Part shown: positions 26,578 to 40,691 of the stretch, one piece after another
Position numbering within the stretch: position 1 is the stretch's first letter
Layout: every line of letters begins with the position of its first letter
Source of the DNA: Haliotis rubra
Taxonomy: Eukaryota
Direction: 5' to 3'
NCBI RefSeq assembly: GCF_003918875.1
Contig: NW_025766966.1
Coordinates: 1,116,001 to 1,180,000 of the forward strand
DNA: 64,000 nucleotides
Position numbers and translations under genes: made by a program
The notes under the pieces: model-generated
Told to the model about the DNA's origin: nothing
The model's database searches: none
The model's input: only the letters and a program-made list of their open reading frames with translations

Positions 26578-27240
26578 CTGGAAACAGAAATGTCGACAAT
26601 CTCAAATCTTCCCATTCGCAGAGTAAAATATTCAACATGAATAATTTTCAAATAATTCATCACTAGCATATGATTAATTCTTGTTAACGGATCACAAACT
26701 TCACAAAACAGGATGATTACCTGAACAAACAAAGGTATATACCATCAAATGTGCTCGGATATTGTTATTTTGTGACTGTCAAACTTCTTTCCTATTGAAA
26801 GGGGAGTTTCAAAACATTTACATAAAATACTTCTGCCTATCGTCACATAAAAACTAAGTTGGGATGAAGTACAGTATATTTCGATTCACTTGATGTTATG
26901 TCCGTTTTATATTGCAGCAGCAGTGGTATATTGGAACCTTAAAGGGGACCACCCTTGGAATAGTTGCCAGTTCCAGCTAGTCCCCCATGAGTAGTTTTGT
27001 TTGGCTTCTACCTCCAGTTGTATCAGGTGTAGTTTAGCAATGTTCAGTATCAGAAAGAAGCTGCGCCTAATCCACTGACAGTGACTGCAGTAAAGCCTCA
27101 ACATTATCAAAGGGAGGTAACCCTGTATTCAATATGGTCTGTGTCAGGTTCAGTTTCTGAAACGATACCTCTCACGTGTTAGCGTTACTGCATACTTCCG
27201 TCTTTGCTGGTGATGACATTTTGTGAATATTATTATACAA

Positions 27241-27373
27241 CAGGGGCGGATACAGCTTTTTGGAAAAGGGTGTGTGCACACTTCATTTTCAATGGTCATT
27301 TAACACACTTTCAGCTCAAAAGGGGGGGGGGTGCGCGCGCGCATACCCCTGCACCCCCCTCTGGATCCGCCTA
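27241..27373. mobile_element. GGCGGATCCAG-type short MITE (related copy at 20713-20852)
   Basis: Termini caggggcggatacag / ctggatccgcct. Confidence 0.5.
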
Positions 27374-27946
27374 GGTACAACACAACACAACAGAGCAATC
27401 GAACCTAGTTCATATCACAACTGCCATACATAAACACTGACAAACACAGGCAACTTCCGATTTCATGTTTGTGTCAACTTTTTCAGTGTCATGGTATTAG
27501 TGAATTTGGACGAAAAACAACATTAACCTTAAAGAAAAAGAGAATATTTTCTCACTTTTTTTCAAAAGGGATTTTAAACGGCACAGCTATATTCCATTGC
27601 TACACGAAGTGTGATATTTACACAGCATGACTGTCGGTAACAAGCGTATGTCACTCCACAGGTCACACAAAATATACGCTTAACTAAACCCCACCATGCT
27701 ATTATTAGTGAAACTGAACATGAACCTTAATGTAACAGAGAATATTTGTTCACTTTGCAAAAGTGATTCTAAATGGCATTTGAACTATATATTCCATTGC
27801 TACACGAAGCTTAACTGTCAGTACCAATTGCAGTGTATGTCACTCCACAGGTGACACAAACTATACTCTAACTCAATCCTACCATGCTACACCCCTTGAG
27901 CTGCAGTAAGCACTTACCACTACAATGTCAAGGCCAAGGTTCAGGC

Positions 27947-30900
27947 TCATCTCCGAGTATGCCCGATACGCACTGTAGGCTCCGTTGTATATTCGTACAG
28001 CGCCTCGAACAGGAAAGCATACTGTTCCTGGAATCAAACACCGACACGCTTCACAATATTGTACATAAATACAGGGTGTGAGTGAGTTTAGTTTTACGCC
28101 ACACACAGCAATATTCCAGCTATATGGCGGCGGTCTAAATAATCGAGTCTGGACCAGACAATCCAGTGATCAACAGCATGAGCGTCGATCTTCGCAATAG
28201 GGAACCGATGACATGTGGCAACCAAGTCAGCGAGCCTGACCACCCGATCCCGTTAGTCGCCTCTTACGACAAGCATTGGTTACTGAAGATCAATATTCTA
28301 ACCCGGATCTTCACGGGTAACATAAATACAGGAGAACACATTGAAAACTAATGTAGGGTTCAGGACATGGTTTTTGGAGCCAAAAGAAACTTAATGTCTG
28401 CAAGTATTGGGCAATCAGCTACTGCTGACAACTTTCTTTTGGTAACGTGGGATACGGGATCTACTTAAAGGGTACGAACTAGGCTGTACGCATGAGGCCA
28501 ATATAATCGTATTTGGCACGCTAATTTATCAATAATATATATAAAGAAAATAATAACGGGTTATGGTTTTCATCTTAATAATTTCTTTCCCCGATATTTT
28601 GTCAGTAAGTTAACTTCAAATGATACCCCTTTCCCAAAGCTTCGTGTTGTTGGTATTGGGGAATCAGGGCTGAGCAAAGAGAGCGAAGAATATGATATAA
28701 TATGGATTCAGGAGGAGAGACACTTGACACCCTCGTCACAAAATCCAGTTCTGTCAGTTCTGCTTCTGTACCAACCTCTGTCTGGACCATCTCCATCCGC
28801 TGCTGTCTGAGCTGTGCCACACACCCGAAGACATCCACAATACCGTCAGCTTTAGCCTGAGACAGAAGGTAGTGCAGAGCGATGAATGTTCCAGTTCGGC
28901 CGATCCCAGCACTGTAAATGAATGGTAATGTGTTAGTACATCTTTGTTTTGAATCACCAAACTCAACGAACTTGATTCAGATAGCACAATGAAAGTAGGA
29001 TTACCTGCAGTGGACGATGACTGGTCCATGTACAGCTGACGCATCCCGGAACACCGCTGACCGGAAGTCGAGGAATGCCGACACATCACGTGGAGAATCA
29101 CAGTCAGGCCAGGCGGTGTAGTGGTAATGGAATATTTCCCTGGACATTTCTCCCGACTGGCACAAAAGAACGTGTTACTGTAAATGTAACGCAGGCAAGC
29201 GCGACGTTCATACGTGCGTCCCTTAAAAGTACATTTTTGTCTCTGATGCATTAATTTGGAAATGTTCTCCACATGTCTACCATAAAACGTCTTTAAAAAG
29301 TTTACTGAGGCCTTGAATGTTGTCACCTTGATCGAACAAATTCTGTGCAAGAGTGGTATGACGTTCTTTGTAATCTTGGTAAAAACAGCATACTCGATTG
29401 TACCTCAAAGTTTGTGAAATGTAAACTACAAAAGGCTGGAGCTGTTGGGATATTGATCAACATGAAAGGAAAGTTGAAATCATCCCCTTTATTATACATC
29501 CTTGTGGAGGATTTTTTTNNNNNNNNNNNNNNNNNNNNNNNNNNNNNNNNNNNNNNNNNNNNNNNNNNNNNNNNNNNNNNNNNNNNNNNNNNNNNNNNNN
29601 NNNNNNNNNNNNNNNNNNNNNNNNNNNNNNNNNNNNNNNNNNNNNNNNNNNNNNNNNNNNNNNNNNNNNNNNNNNNNNNNNNNNNNNNNNNNNNNNNNNN
29701 NNNNNNNNNNNNNNNNNNNNNNNNNNNNNNNNNNNNNNNNNNNNNNNNNNNNNNNNNNNNNNNNNNNNNNNNNNNNNNNNNNNNNNNNNNNNNNNNNNNN
29801 NNNNNNNNNNNNNNNNNNNNTCACACAATGTGCTCATGCGGAGAACCGTACCAAGGCTCTCAACGTGGTGAGCGAAAGCTTCAACTGCCTCACAGTGAGT
29901 GTATAAATAAATGTATGCGCTTGCGTTCGTGCGCGTGTGAATAATTCACATATATGATGTGTGATTTGTTTGAGGTCATGTGCATAATCAGTTAAATTAT
30001 CCGGTTACAGAGAAAATAAAACTCACTGACTTTCATATACTTACATCTTAACTGCATCCCTCTTTCATCAGTGGATTTTAACTAAAAGGTTTATTTTACA
30101 CACCTTGATGTTGAACGTCCTCTTTACATAGGAGTCGCTGACTTCTTCCAGCACAAACTCCACCGTGATGTCATCGAATACCTTTACTTCATCGATCTCG
30201 CCTGGCCAGTACTTGGCACACTTCATCTGAAACAACACAGTTTATGTTAGTATCTCAGTACTCTGTATAACGTGTCATTGTGTTAACCTCGTTATTACAC
30301 TGACATGGGTACCACACTCATGACAATAATCTTTTCAACGTTACGAATTTGTTTTACAATACATCAGCTCATGTGTTAAACAGTACCTTTAAACAGTATG
30401 GAATCTTTTGCAAAATCTAGTTTAGAACAGTTGACTGAAGTAAGTAGTTTACACTAGTGAGTCTAAACTATTGATGGGTAGTATATATCAAATGAATCAA
30501 TGGGCGTTTGTAACACAACCTTTCCGTCTTCGATGATGTTTGTAAGCATGACAATCTGTCGAGATTCAGTCTCCCAGACCATCCTCCAGAAGTCAGGAAC
30601 AACACGTAGAAATGGTCCTGAAAACATGAAGTCAATGTGATCAGTGTCATCTCATCCATGGTCAGGTCAGGACTCGGGTCATGAAAAGTGTGTGATTTAA
30701 GAATAGACAACACTTGAAGTGGTAGAAAAACAAACATGACAGTTTGGGTAAAATATTAGAATCTCATGCACAGTTTCCACGTTTGTACCAGCTACCTCTG
30801 CTGTGGAATGCTCGTATTATTAATCCCTTTCACAGAACTGTTGTAGCTCACCTTGAGCGGCTATGAACTTTTGCAGGCAGCCAACACCCTGGTGAGAAAT

Positions 30901-33900
30901 AAAATGCCATTAAAACTGCATTTATAATTGTACTCCTCTAAAGGAAAGAACATGTTTTTACTGTAAAGAGTTTATTGAAGATGAATGTCATGTTTTATTA
31001 CACTGTCCGCTTTATTCTTTGAAAGAGATGCCCTTTTTAGTTAATGAGAACAGCTTACTGTTAGTTTTATGTCATTTAGTGACATTGATAAGATTAGATT
31101 TTTACTGTCCAATCCACAAGTGTCTTTTGATACAGCCAAAACCTGCTTTCTTATCTTACGGCGGCGACATGCCCTTTTATACTCTTAACTTGGTTATGTT
31201 GGTAAATAATGTTAAATGTATCTTATATTCTTTTAGTTTTGTATTTTTATATGTTATATAGTCTCTCATAAGTCTGTAAAGATTGGTTCAACGTTGTATT
31301 ATTTTGTTCTATGTACATAGGTGTGAAGTTGAGGTGAGACTCAAATAAATTATATGTCTGTATGTCTGTCTATATTTGAACACAGTGAAACCAGTTATTT
31401 CGTCCTTCCAAGTGCAAACTTCCGTTTTACAAAGGTCAGGTATTACGTATAAGAGACGCGTAGTAATGTGATGATCGTCCACTGGGCGGGGATACCGTAT
31501 TAACGGGGTTTTCTGCACATTTATATACACGGTACTAGTACGTACCCTACTGGACAAAAGAAAGTGTATACTCCTGTATGATTGAGTCTTAAATGTAACA
31601 GAAAACGAAATGAGTATTCGTTATTGAGTGAATATAACGTCGCGCTGTGTTACAGTGTCGGCAGCATCCAAAGTGTTTATATTCTTTTCCCAGCAGTTTA
31701 TATTGGTTATACTCACTTACTGGACACAGTCAAATACACTCTGATGCAAAGGGTTATCGTTGTCAATGTGTATAGGGTATATACGGTGTATTGTGACTCA
31801 TATAAAGGTGAGGAAATACGTATAGTAGTTTTTAAACATTTACTGCTAAATTATTTGAATTCCCTTGTTTCTGATGTAATTATAAACTGTACAATATTTT
31901 GTTTGTTAAAGAATGATTACATATAACGTGGAATTACCTAAATGGCTAGGAGGGGTTCACCGCCATTGTGTTCAGTGTTTGTCGTGTGTCTAGTTAATCT
32001 TAGAGTGGAAACTTCAAACCATGAATATGATGCATGGAATTTAAACAGTCAGTGGAGACTGCTGTCTTGGAGACACTGCTTGAAACAAACTGTTACGGTG
32101 TTTGGAACACGACCTGCGCCCCGTGTGGTAAATAGCGCCATAAACAAGCTACATACCTGTATGTAATTAGCATTGATGTATCCGCTGAAGACGTTCTCGG
32201 CGACCGCTTTTAACACAACTCGACTGTTGTCATCTGAAATTGTAAGGTTTATTAACATAACATATGGGTAATATATTTCTCAGTGAGATTTACAGAAAAA
32301 GACTCCCGCATGTCAATGCCATTATATACTGGTGAAAATAGCCACATGTGCTTGTTGTCCGAGGCAGTTTAATTGATCGGACTCTAATGCACAGTAACAG
32401 ATGTTGTTGTACGTTGGCGATATGGCTCGTTGTTCATTTTAAGTAGCTTCCATTATTTACAGCAAACCGTCTGGAATAATGCTGACAAACAAGTTTTAAG
32501 ATGGTTTACCATCATAGAGTAAATCTTTGTTCACAAACCCGCTTTCTTTGACGAACACAAGAATGGTTTCGAGTACATGACGTTTTGACAATCATTTCAG
32601 TTTTCGCAGTTTTCACTGCTTAACGGGGCGGAATGTCCAAAGGCTCGAGCTCGCAACTCTTGGACGCTAACTGGGAAAACTTGTACTCATGATAAGGATG
32701 AATCTGGGATTCGAAAAGCTGAAAACAGGCAAGCCTAACGCTTAACTTTGTACATCAACCGGGCCACTCGCAAAATATATACATTGTAGTTTCATTTGGC
32801 GACAAGCAAATTATCTCCCCTGAATTGTTATCTCTGTCCACGCTGATTATATACAGATTATCTCCCTTGAGTTAGTTATCATGGTGTCTCTCATGAAGGC
32901 TCGCGATGAATTCACCAGGAACATATCAGTCACACTTCTGCCTTGTCCGGGTGTAATTGTGCATGGCCTACGGTACTCAGAGGCTACTTACAAGGAAGAA
33001 CATCCCGGTATCTGTTCTTGCAAATGTTATTTCCCTTCTGCGCTTCACAACACAGCGTGTAGTCGGCTCTGGGTAGGTCCTGAAAACACGTGGAAAATCA
33101 AACATTAAAGGCATTAATATATTTTAGACACAATTTGTTTATTTAGATTCAAAAAAGAATTTTGAAAGGAACCAATTGTTTTTTAACTATCACTTGCGCG
33201 ATGTCTTAAACATCCGAGCCACAAGTCCTTGGTTATGCCCCTAATGCCGAACTCCAGGCAGGGTAACAAGTACTTATATTTCAATGTCCTTTGGTATGAC
33301 TAGGCCGGGTCGGGGCATCGAGCACCCGACCTTCACCTCTCACGGTGTGGGTTGTGGAAGGGCGGTCTTCCTTGACCTACCAGGTCATGAGATGTATCGG
33401 ATGTTATTTGAGGTCAGTCATGGTCAAAGTATATTTAAGACTACTGAAGTCAATTTAAGAAAAATGATTATGTTTATGTCAAATGAAAAAAACAAACATG
33501 CATCAAACTTGCCAATCACATTTCAGTAGTAGATACGTTTGACCTGTGTATTTACCATGACACTTACTTCAAACTGCTTGAATAAACACTTGGTACTTAG
33601 GAAGAGCTGTAGACATCGCTTCATGTCTATCTCGTGGGGCTCTGTCGAAGGACGTCTATGGAGATGGCCACGTTGCAGGCTGAGGGAGTCGTACACTGTG
33701 TTGTCGACAGCAGCATTCCCGACTGACTGGAGCTCTAAAATAAACAGTTGGCTTTTGTAGTGTAAAGATGGTTGGTTGGTTGTTCGAGTCTGGACTAGAC
33801 AATCCAGTTATCAACAGCATGAACATCGATCTACGCAATTGGGATGCAATGAGTTGTGTCAGCCAAATCGTGACCACCCGATCCCGTTAGTCGCCTCTTG

Positions 33901-36679
33901 CGACAATCATGGCTTGCTGAAGACCAGTTCCAACCCGGATCTTCACGTATTTTAGTGTAAAGTCTGTCTTGCACTATCTTTGTGTCACTAACACGTACCT
34001 ATCGTGTTTCACAGATGTAGTTAGTTTAAATTTGATATCTTTCAATGGACAACAATCTTTCCTACTCAGAGTGTGGTTCAATACATAGTCTATCGTGTTT
34101 CACAGATGTAGTTAGTTTAAATTTGATATCTTTCAATGGACAACAATCTTTCCTACTCAGAGTGTGGTTCAATACATAGTCAAATTAACTCTGGTTAATA
34201 TCAATTATTCTGAATTACAACGATGCACGTGTATACACCAATTGATCGGCGGTCTGTCTATCGCAAGGTACTTATGAAACTTTCACCAATAATTATTATA
34301 TAATCAAATACCATACCGTTTACCGCTTCTAAACAAAAACTTTGGCTGCTTTCATTCCCTCTGGACAGGCAGCTCATCGAACCGTCACGAGAAGTAGTTG
34401 CCAACCTGGAACTGAACAAGGAAACGTACTGAGTACGTATGAGTACGTAGTGCTACGCAAATCTGACAATTGGCGCGTACGGATGAGTACGGGTAGTGGG
34501 TGAGTGAGTCCAAGCAGTCTTAACACGGTGTACTCATTGAACACCTGGTGTCATCAATGATTTTCAGTGATCCCTTCATAATATAATAATGTATATGGAT
34601 ATAATATATGGCTAGAACTAAGTGAGACATCCAGTTGGACTCACCGACGAGAGTTGGCCCTGACACGGCGACTGTTTCTGACGAGGCGATACCTGTGACT
34701 GAAAAACAGACAAAACATTGACCTAGGGGTGTCCTTATAACAGATGAATGAGTGAGCGACTATGATTGTACGCCGCTTTAAGCAACATTCCGGCAATCTC
34801 ACGGCGGGGGACACCTGAAATGGGCTTCACACTATGCACCCATATGGGGAATCGAACCCGGACGAGTAGACGCGCGGGTACACCGCCCCTCCAACAGATT
34901 ACTTTGGTCGGAACATTAACATATGTCTAGAATAAAGCCTGCATATAACACGAGTACGTATACACATATATCAACCAGGTGATTCAAACACACTATATGT
35001 GTTGTGATCTAGATGTGTGAGTGAGTGAGTGAGTTTAGTTTCACGCCGCACTGAACAATATTCCAGCCATATGGCGGTGGTGTCTAAATAATCGAGTCTC
35101 GACCAGACAATTCAGTGATCAACGAGCATGATCATCGATCTTCTCAATTGGGAACCGATGACATGTGTCAACCAAGTCAGTGAGCCTGACCACCCGATCC
35201 CATTAGTCACCTCTTACGACAAGCATGGGTTACTGAAGATCAATTCTAATCCGGATCACGGGTGTGAACTGGATGAATCGATAAATCATTGACTAACCCA
35301 TTTATAAAGAAAGGGGTTCCTAATCAACTTTTACTTTTTAACGTTTATATTTTTTTAAACTTCTGTCTGATAAGTTTTACTTCCGCAGAGATGGGCAGCA
35401 CACTGTGAAACTCCTTTTAACGTATTACGTACATGTTCAGTATACAGGCTGACGTAATGTAGGACTTACCGGCGTACACGGTAGATGCACGTGATGAGTT
35501 CTATCACAAATATAACCGCAAGCAAGCCACTTGATATAGATGTGACTATTCTGTGCACCTCTTCTGTTGAAAATAGTTGAATCAATATATTCACTAGAAG
35601 CAGATTTAAACCGCTGCATAAGCCAGCAAATTATAGGTTAAAATTAATTTATATTAAATTATATAACATTCACGTTTATCTATTAATTTATAAAGTACTC
35701 GCCGATAAATTGCTTTCAGAACAAATGAAACGTGAAAAGTGAACGTGAGTCAGTCTAGTTTTACGCCGCTTTTAGCAAAAGTCCAGCAATATCACCGGGG
35801 GGTGGGTGCTGGGTTTGCACCAGTAATGGGCTTCACACATTGCACCATGTGTGAATGTAGGGAATCGAACTCGGCACCGGCGTGACGAGCAAACACCTTA
35901 TCCACTAGGCTACCCAACCGCCCCAAAGGTGTAAAATCATCCTCGCTTCCATTACCCCTGCCAGCTGCCGGGATAAGTAGAAGTTTAACAATATAGGTGA
36001 GGTGAGGTGAGGTGAGGTGAGGTTGAGGTGAAATTGGGTTTAACGTCGTGCTTGAGAATATTTCGCTCATATGACGACGTGCATGCGTGTGTATGTGTAT
36101 GTGCGGCTGCTTGTACTAGCCCAGACTGAAGCTGGTTTTATAGTGCTAGCCCACTGAGATACCATGCCGCAGTGAAGCATGAATACCCCACTCAGACACA
36201 TTATACTGACTCCGAGGCGACCAGTCCTTGTTGTACCCATTAATGCCGAGCGCCAGGCAGGGACCAACAAGTACCATATTTTAACGTCTTTTGGTATGAC
36301 GCGGTCGGGGATCGAACTCGCGACCTTCCGCTCTCCGGGAGGACGCTCTAACCACTTCACCACGGAGGCGGTCTTAAGAATATAGGAGGGACGAATATAG
36401 GTCATATACAGTTCGTTATACTGGCACAACCTTCATTGCTTGTGAAATGTAAGTTCTCTGTAATCTCCATTGCCTCTGGTAGTGTTTCATCGTAATTCCC
36501 CACACTTTAATTACCTGTTTCATAAGTAAGAAGCAGGTGCAAGATGATGTAAAAAATTAACATTATCCAGGATACGTGTTTTGCATTCCGCTTACACTAA
36601 TAATGTTGAGGACACGTCATCACGAAACTGAAATTTGGTGATACGATGTTCACTTACCTGAGATTGTGCAGTTATTCAT
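27947..36679 (-). CDS. Transmembrane protein tyrosine phosphatase with one catalytic domain and minimal ectodomain (~407 aa, 13 coding exons)
   Basis: Exons: 36679-36658, 35563-35470 (TM), 34698-34645, 34411-34317, 33734-33568, 33079-32992 (KNRYRDVLP), 32233-32157 (YINANY), 30888-30852 (FIAAQG), 30617-30520 (DFWRMVWE, IVMLT), 30226-30104 (KCAKYWP), 29156-29005 (WPD, VHCS), 28911-28776 (AGIGRTG, MVQT), 28027-27947 (EQY, stop). Phases consistent; exon sizes 88/77/37/98/123/152/136 resemble the receptor-PTP D1 pattern. The start codon is inferred. Confidence 0.85.
29245..29518 (-). mobile_element. Second copy of the Penelope-like fragment (PTP intron)
   Basis: Reverse complement closely matches 5445-5690; runs into the gap. 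Confidence 0.65.
29519..29820. other. Assembly gap (PTP intron)
   Basis: N run. Confidence 1.
33999..34181. repeat. Perfect 91-bp tandem duplication
   Basis: Copies start at 33999 and 34090. Confidence 0.85.
35995..36372 (-). mobile_element. SINE family C copy in a PTP intron
   Basis: Matches 14205-14558; (GAGGT)n on the + strand at 35995-36030. Confidence 0.8.
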
Positions 36680-38761
36680 CCTAAAGGAATAAGTAAATGG
36701 TAAAGTGTTTTTTGTAGATTCACAATGTCTTCAACTGTGGGTTATTATGGCATCTGAAGAACCATGGTGAGCCCAAATACAATATGGCAAATGGTTCTCC
36801 CCCTTTAACGACAAATACAAATTCCCATGTATGACAATGAGACGTTAATATTTCTGAGTGTGAGGCTTTTAAGGAACGTTTGATGAATGAAATAGGCTGT
36901 TTATCTTATGAAACATTCTCATGCAATCATTAGAAATGCGAACTTACCCTGTCTTTCGCTGCTTATTCAGTGGAAGAACAGTTTTGTGGGGCACGTCCTT
37001 GTTTCACATCGATACCGATACTCCGTACGTCAGTACAACCTTCTATTTCCTGTCACACTTGTCACTGACACTATTGACTTGTAATTGAAGTAGATCTAGT
37101 TCATTGGACTTTCATGATGGTTGGTTGTTGTTTAACTCCGCATTCAGCAATATTCCAGCTATATGACGGCGGTCTGTAAATAATCGAGTCTGGACCAGAC
37201 AATCCAGCGATCAATACCATGAACATCGTTTTACGCAACCGGGATACGATGACATGTGTCAACCAAGTGAGCGAACCTGACCTCCCGATCCTGTTAGTCG
37301 CCTCATACGACAATCATGGGTTACTGAAGACCAATTCTAACCCGGATCTTTCACGAGTCTGCCCGAAACGAAGCACACGTGACACATGCTATCTCCCTTT
37401 AGGCAAGCGAGTTTGTTCAAAATTCTCAGGTCACCAAGCAAAAACGGGTACCCAGTGGGATTGGTACATATGACCATTAACCTTCTAGCGCCTTACAGGC
37501 AGCATGGGTTAACCGGGGTAATGATGTCCATTACGTTGTATGCGCTTCGAGCATGCCTGTGGGGCGTGGAGTTTAGCGTTATACAAGTGGCCTTATTATT
37601 TTATTATTGATATTCACAAATCCATTGGCATAGTAGTGATAACTGCGAATCAATGTTTCGAGTATATAATTAATTATGTCGGTAGTCGGTTTATGTTTCC
37701 AAGCATTGCGCGAGCGTGTTTGTATATGTTTCAGTGTTTGCAGTAGTGTGTGTGCGAGTATGCATGTGTGTGTGTTTTTCTGGACATAGAAAGTTTGCTT
37801 GTTTCGTCTTTCATAGAAAGAATGTGTTTTAACAGTAATCGCGGAAAATGATCTTATCCCTAACACATCCGGGATAATTAAAGCCCCGCCCCTTAACCGG
37901 TAATATTTCATAGTACGTAATGCCCTTACACGTGGAAAGCCGTTCATGTAGTCAGCAACATCCTCATTCAATCTCCATTAAAGTACACACTGGTCCACAA
38001 CTCCAGTGGTGTTGGCAGTGAGATTAAAATATGATCGGAATGTAAAGGTTGTCTTTCACGGGAAGCGAAACCGAAATTACATGCAGAATATTTCCTCCAT
38101 ATCGTTGTCAGTCGAATTTGTTGCGCTGTGTATTGTGAGTATATAGGTGACACATCCTTGTACAGAAATTACTTGCGCTAACAAACCAACTCAAATAAGG
38201 TTATGAAATATTTCCGTTGCTTCATATAGTCAAAATGTCGAAGATAATTCGCCGGTAGTTTCTAATCTCAGGTGATCGATGTTCAGGAAATGTTTGGATT
38301 TTGAAATTACGTTAACACTGGTATGATGTTTCCGGCCCTGAGATATCGAATGTTGACATGACATTCAGCGAACAAGTGGATATGAGTATCTCAGCTGAAT
38401 GTGTGAGTAAGTGCATTAATGATACTTAACACCATTTCCAAGACTGGTGTGAGTGAGTGAGATGGGTTTAACGGTTTTGGTGATCTATCAGCATATAAAA
38501 AAAATGCGATTTTTTCACGAAACCCAGGTCTACTGTTTCCATTGTGAACAATAATTATAACTGATGAGAGGTTTATTATACTATCACGAACAAATGAAAC
38601 AAAGAGGGGTGTAGTAACACAGCCATTTACTCACAGAGGAACCGTACAACACTTAACACGATTCTCATACAATATGAAGGAATACAATAGAAGCGACAAA
38701 ACCCTTTCCACATCCATAAGAAATCTCTGCTGAAAGCAGAGTCGATTGTACAATAATGCCC

Positions 38762-39727
38762 TTCCTTTCTGTTAACACGTAAAGTGTCAACATTCCAGCC
38801 TGTCTTCCACCTTTCTGTTAACACTTAAAGTGTCAACATTCCAGCCTGACTTCCACCTTTCTGTTAACACGTAAAGTGTCAACATTCCAGCCTGTCTTCC
38901 ACCTTTCTGTTAACACTTAAAGTGTCAACATTCCAGCATGTCTTCCACCTTTCTGTTAACACTTAAAGTGTCAACATTCCAGCATGTCTTCCACCTTTCT
39001 GTTAACACTTAAAGTGTCAACATTCCAGCATGTCTTCCACCTTTCTGTTAACACTTAAAGTGTCAACATTCCAGCATGTCTTCCACCTTTCTGTTAACAC
39101 TTAAAGTGTCAACATTCCAGCCTGTCTTCCACCTTTCTGTTAACACTTAAAGTTCAACATTCCAGCCTGTCTTCCACCTTTCTGTTAAACGTAAAGTGTC
39201 AACATTCCAGCCTGTCTTCCACCTTTCTGTTAACACTTAAAGTGTCAACATTCCAGCCTGTCTTCCACCTTTCTGTTAACACTTAAAGTGTCAACATTCC
39301 AGCATGTCTTCCACCTTTCTGTTAACACTTAAAGTGTCAACATTCCAGCCTGACTTCCACCTTTCTGTTAACACGTAAAGTGTCAACATTCCAGCATGTC
39401 TTCCACCTTTCTGTTAACACTTAAAGTGTCAACATTCCAGCCTGTCTTCCACCTTTCTGTTAACACTTAAAGTGTCAACATTCCAGCCTGTCTTCCACCT
39501 TTCTGTTAACACTTAAAGTGTCAACATTCCAGCCTGTCTTCCACCTTTCTGTTAACACTTAAAGTGTCAACATTCCAGCCTGTCTTCCACCTTTCTGTTA
39601 ACACTTAAAGTGTCAACATTCCAGCCTGTCTTCCACCTTTCTGTTAACACTTAAAGTGTCAACATTCCAGCCTGTCTTCCACCTTTCTGTTAACACCTAA
39701 AGTGTCAACATTCCAGCATGTCTTCCA
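38762..39727. repeat. 46-bp minisatellite, about 21 copies
   Basis: Unit ccagcctgtcttccacctttctgttaacacttaaagtgtcaacatt, with an internal hairpin tgttaacac/gtgtcaaca. Confidence 0.95.
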
Positions 39728-39851
39728 AACACGTATGGGACTTCCTGTCAGCCATGTGGTCAATGTGCTGGAGGTGTCCACTGTGACAAGAGATCTGGAC
39801 TTCGTCCAAATGGATGTCAGGATGGTTGGTCGGGGTCTTTGTATAGGACAC
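39717..39851 (+). pseudogene. Orphan MEGF-type EGF exon with two lost cysteines
   Basis: ttccag|...|gtgagt, 135 nt, phase 1-1: CLPNTYGTSCQPCGQCAGGVHCDKRSGLRPNGCQDGWSGSLYRT; expected Cys codons appear as CGT and TAT. Confidence 0.6.
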
Positions 39852-40691
39852 GTGAGTAAAATACACACTTACTGTAATTTCTTGTCATATGTTAATAGAA
39901 GTGACAAAACCCTTTCCACATCCACAAGATATGTCTGCTAAATGCGGAGTCGAGTGTACAATTCTGACTATATCATGAGCATATATTTGTTTAAGCAGTA
40001 TTACAGCTGTACGATGTTGTTTGTAAACAAATCGAGTCTGGACCAGACAACCCAGTGATTGTCACCACGCGATACGATGACAAAAACCTGCCAGGAGTAC
40101 GTAATTTTGTTATACATTTTGTAATTGTGTGTGTGTAAAAATGTATATACTTTTTAGAACGAATACAATCCCTGATCTGTCAGCATGGACACAATACTGA
40201 CACGTGAACGCCAATGTACCCTATTACTGCTAAGTGAGTGAGTTTAGTTTTACGTCGCTTTTGCAATATTCCAGCAATATCACGGTGGGGGACACCAGAA
40301 AAGGCTCCACACATTGTACCGATGTCGGGACTCGAACACTTTAACCACTAGGCTACCCTACCCCTAAACACCCCCACCCACCCACACACACACACCACAA
40401 CCCCCTATTACTTCTAAGTTTTGTTTGTTTAGAATAGCAACATAACCCCTACGGCATGTTGACATACATTATCACATTTACCATTTCAGTTAAAATTTAC
40501 ATCAATAACAAATCATCACAATCCAGACTACATGTGACTTTGATTAACCTGAATGCCCAGTTGCAATAGGATCAGTGCTAGTTAAATACAACACGCTTTT
40601 ACAACATAATCTGATATTTGTACTTAAATATTGAGTAACATTTTGTACATTCAGCCAATGCTTAGATTTACACCAGCCTTCGCAACTGCCA

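Noticed and set aside
36067-36429. 120-aa ORF and similar ORFs at 14180-14546
   Set aside because: They lie within SINE family C copies.
38762-39727. CRISPR-like appearance of the 46-bp array with a hairpin
   Set aside because: Units are contiguous with no unique spacers, there are no cas genes and the context is eukaryotic; it is a minisatellite.
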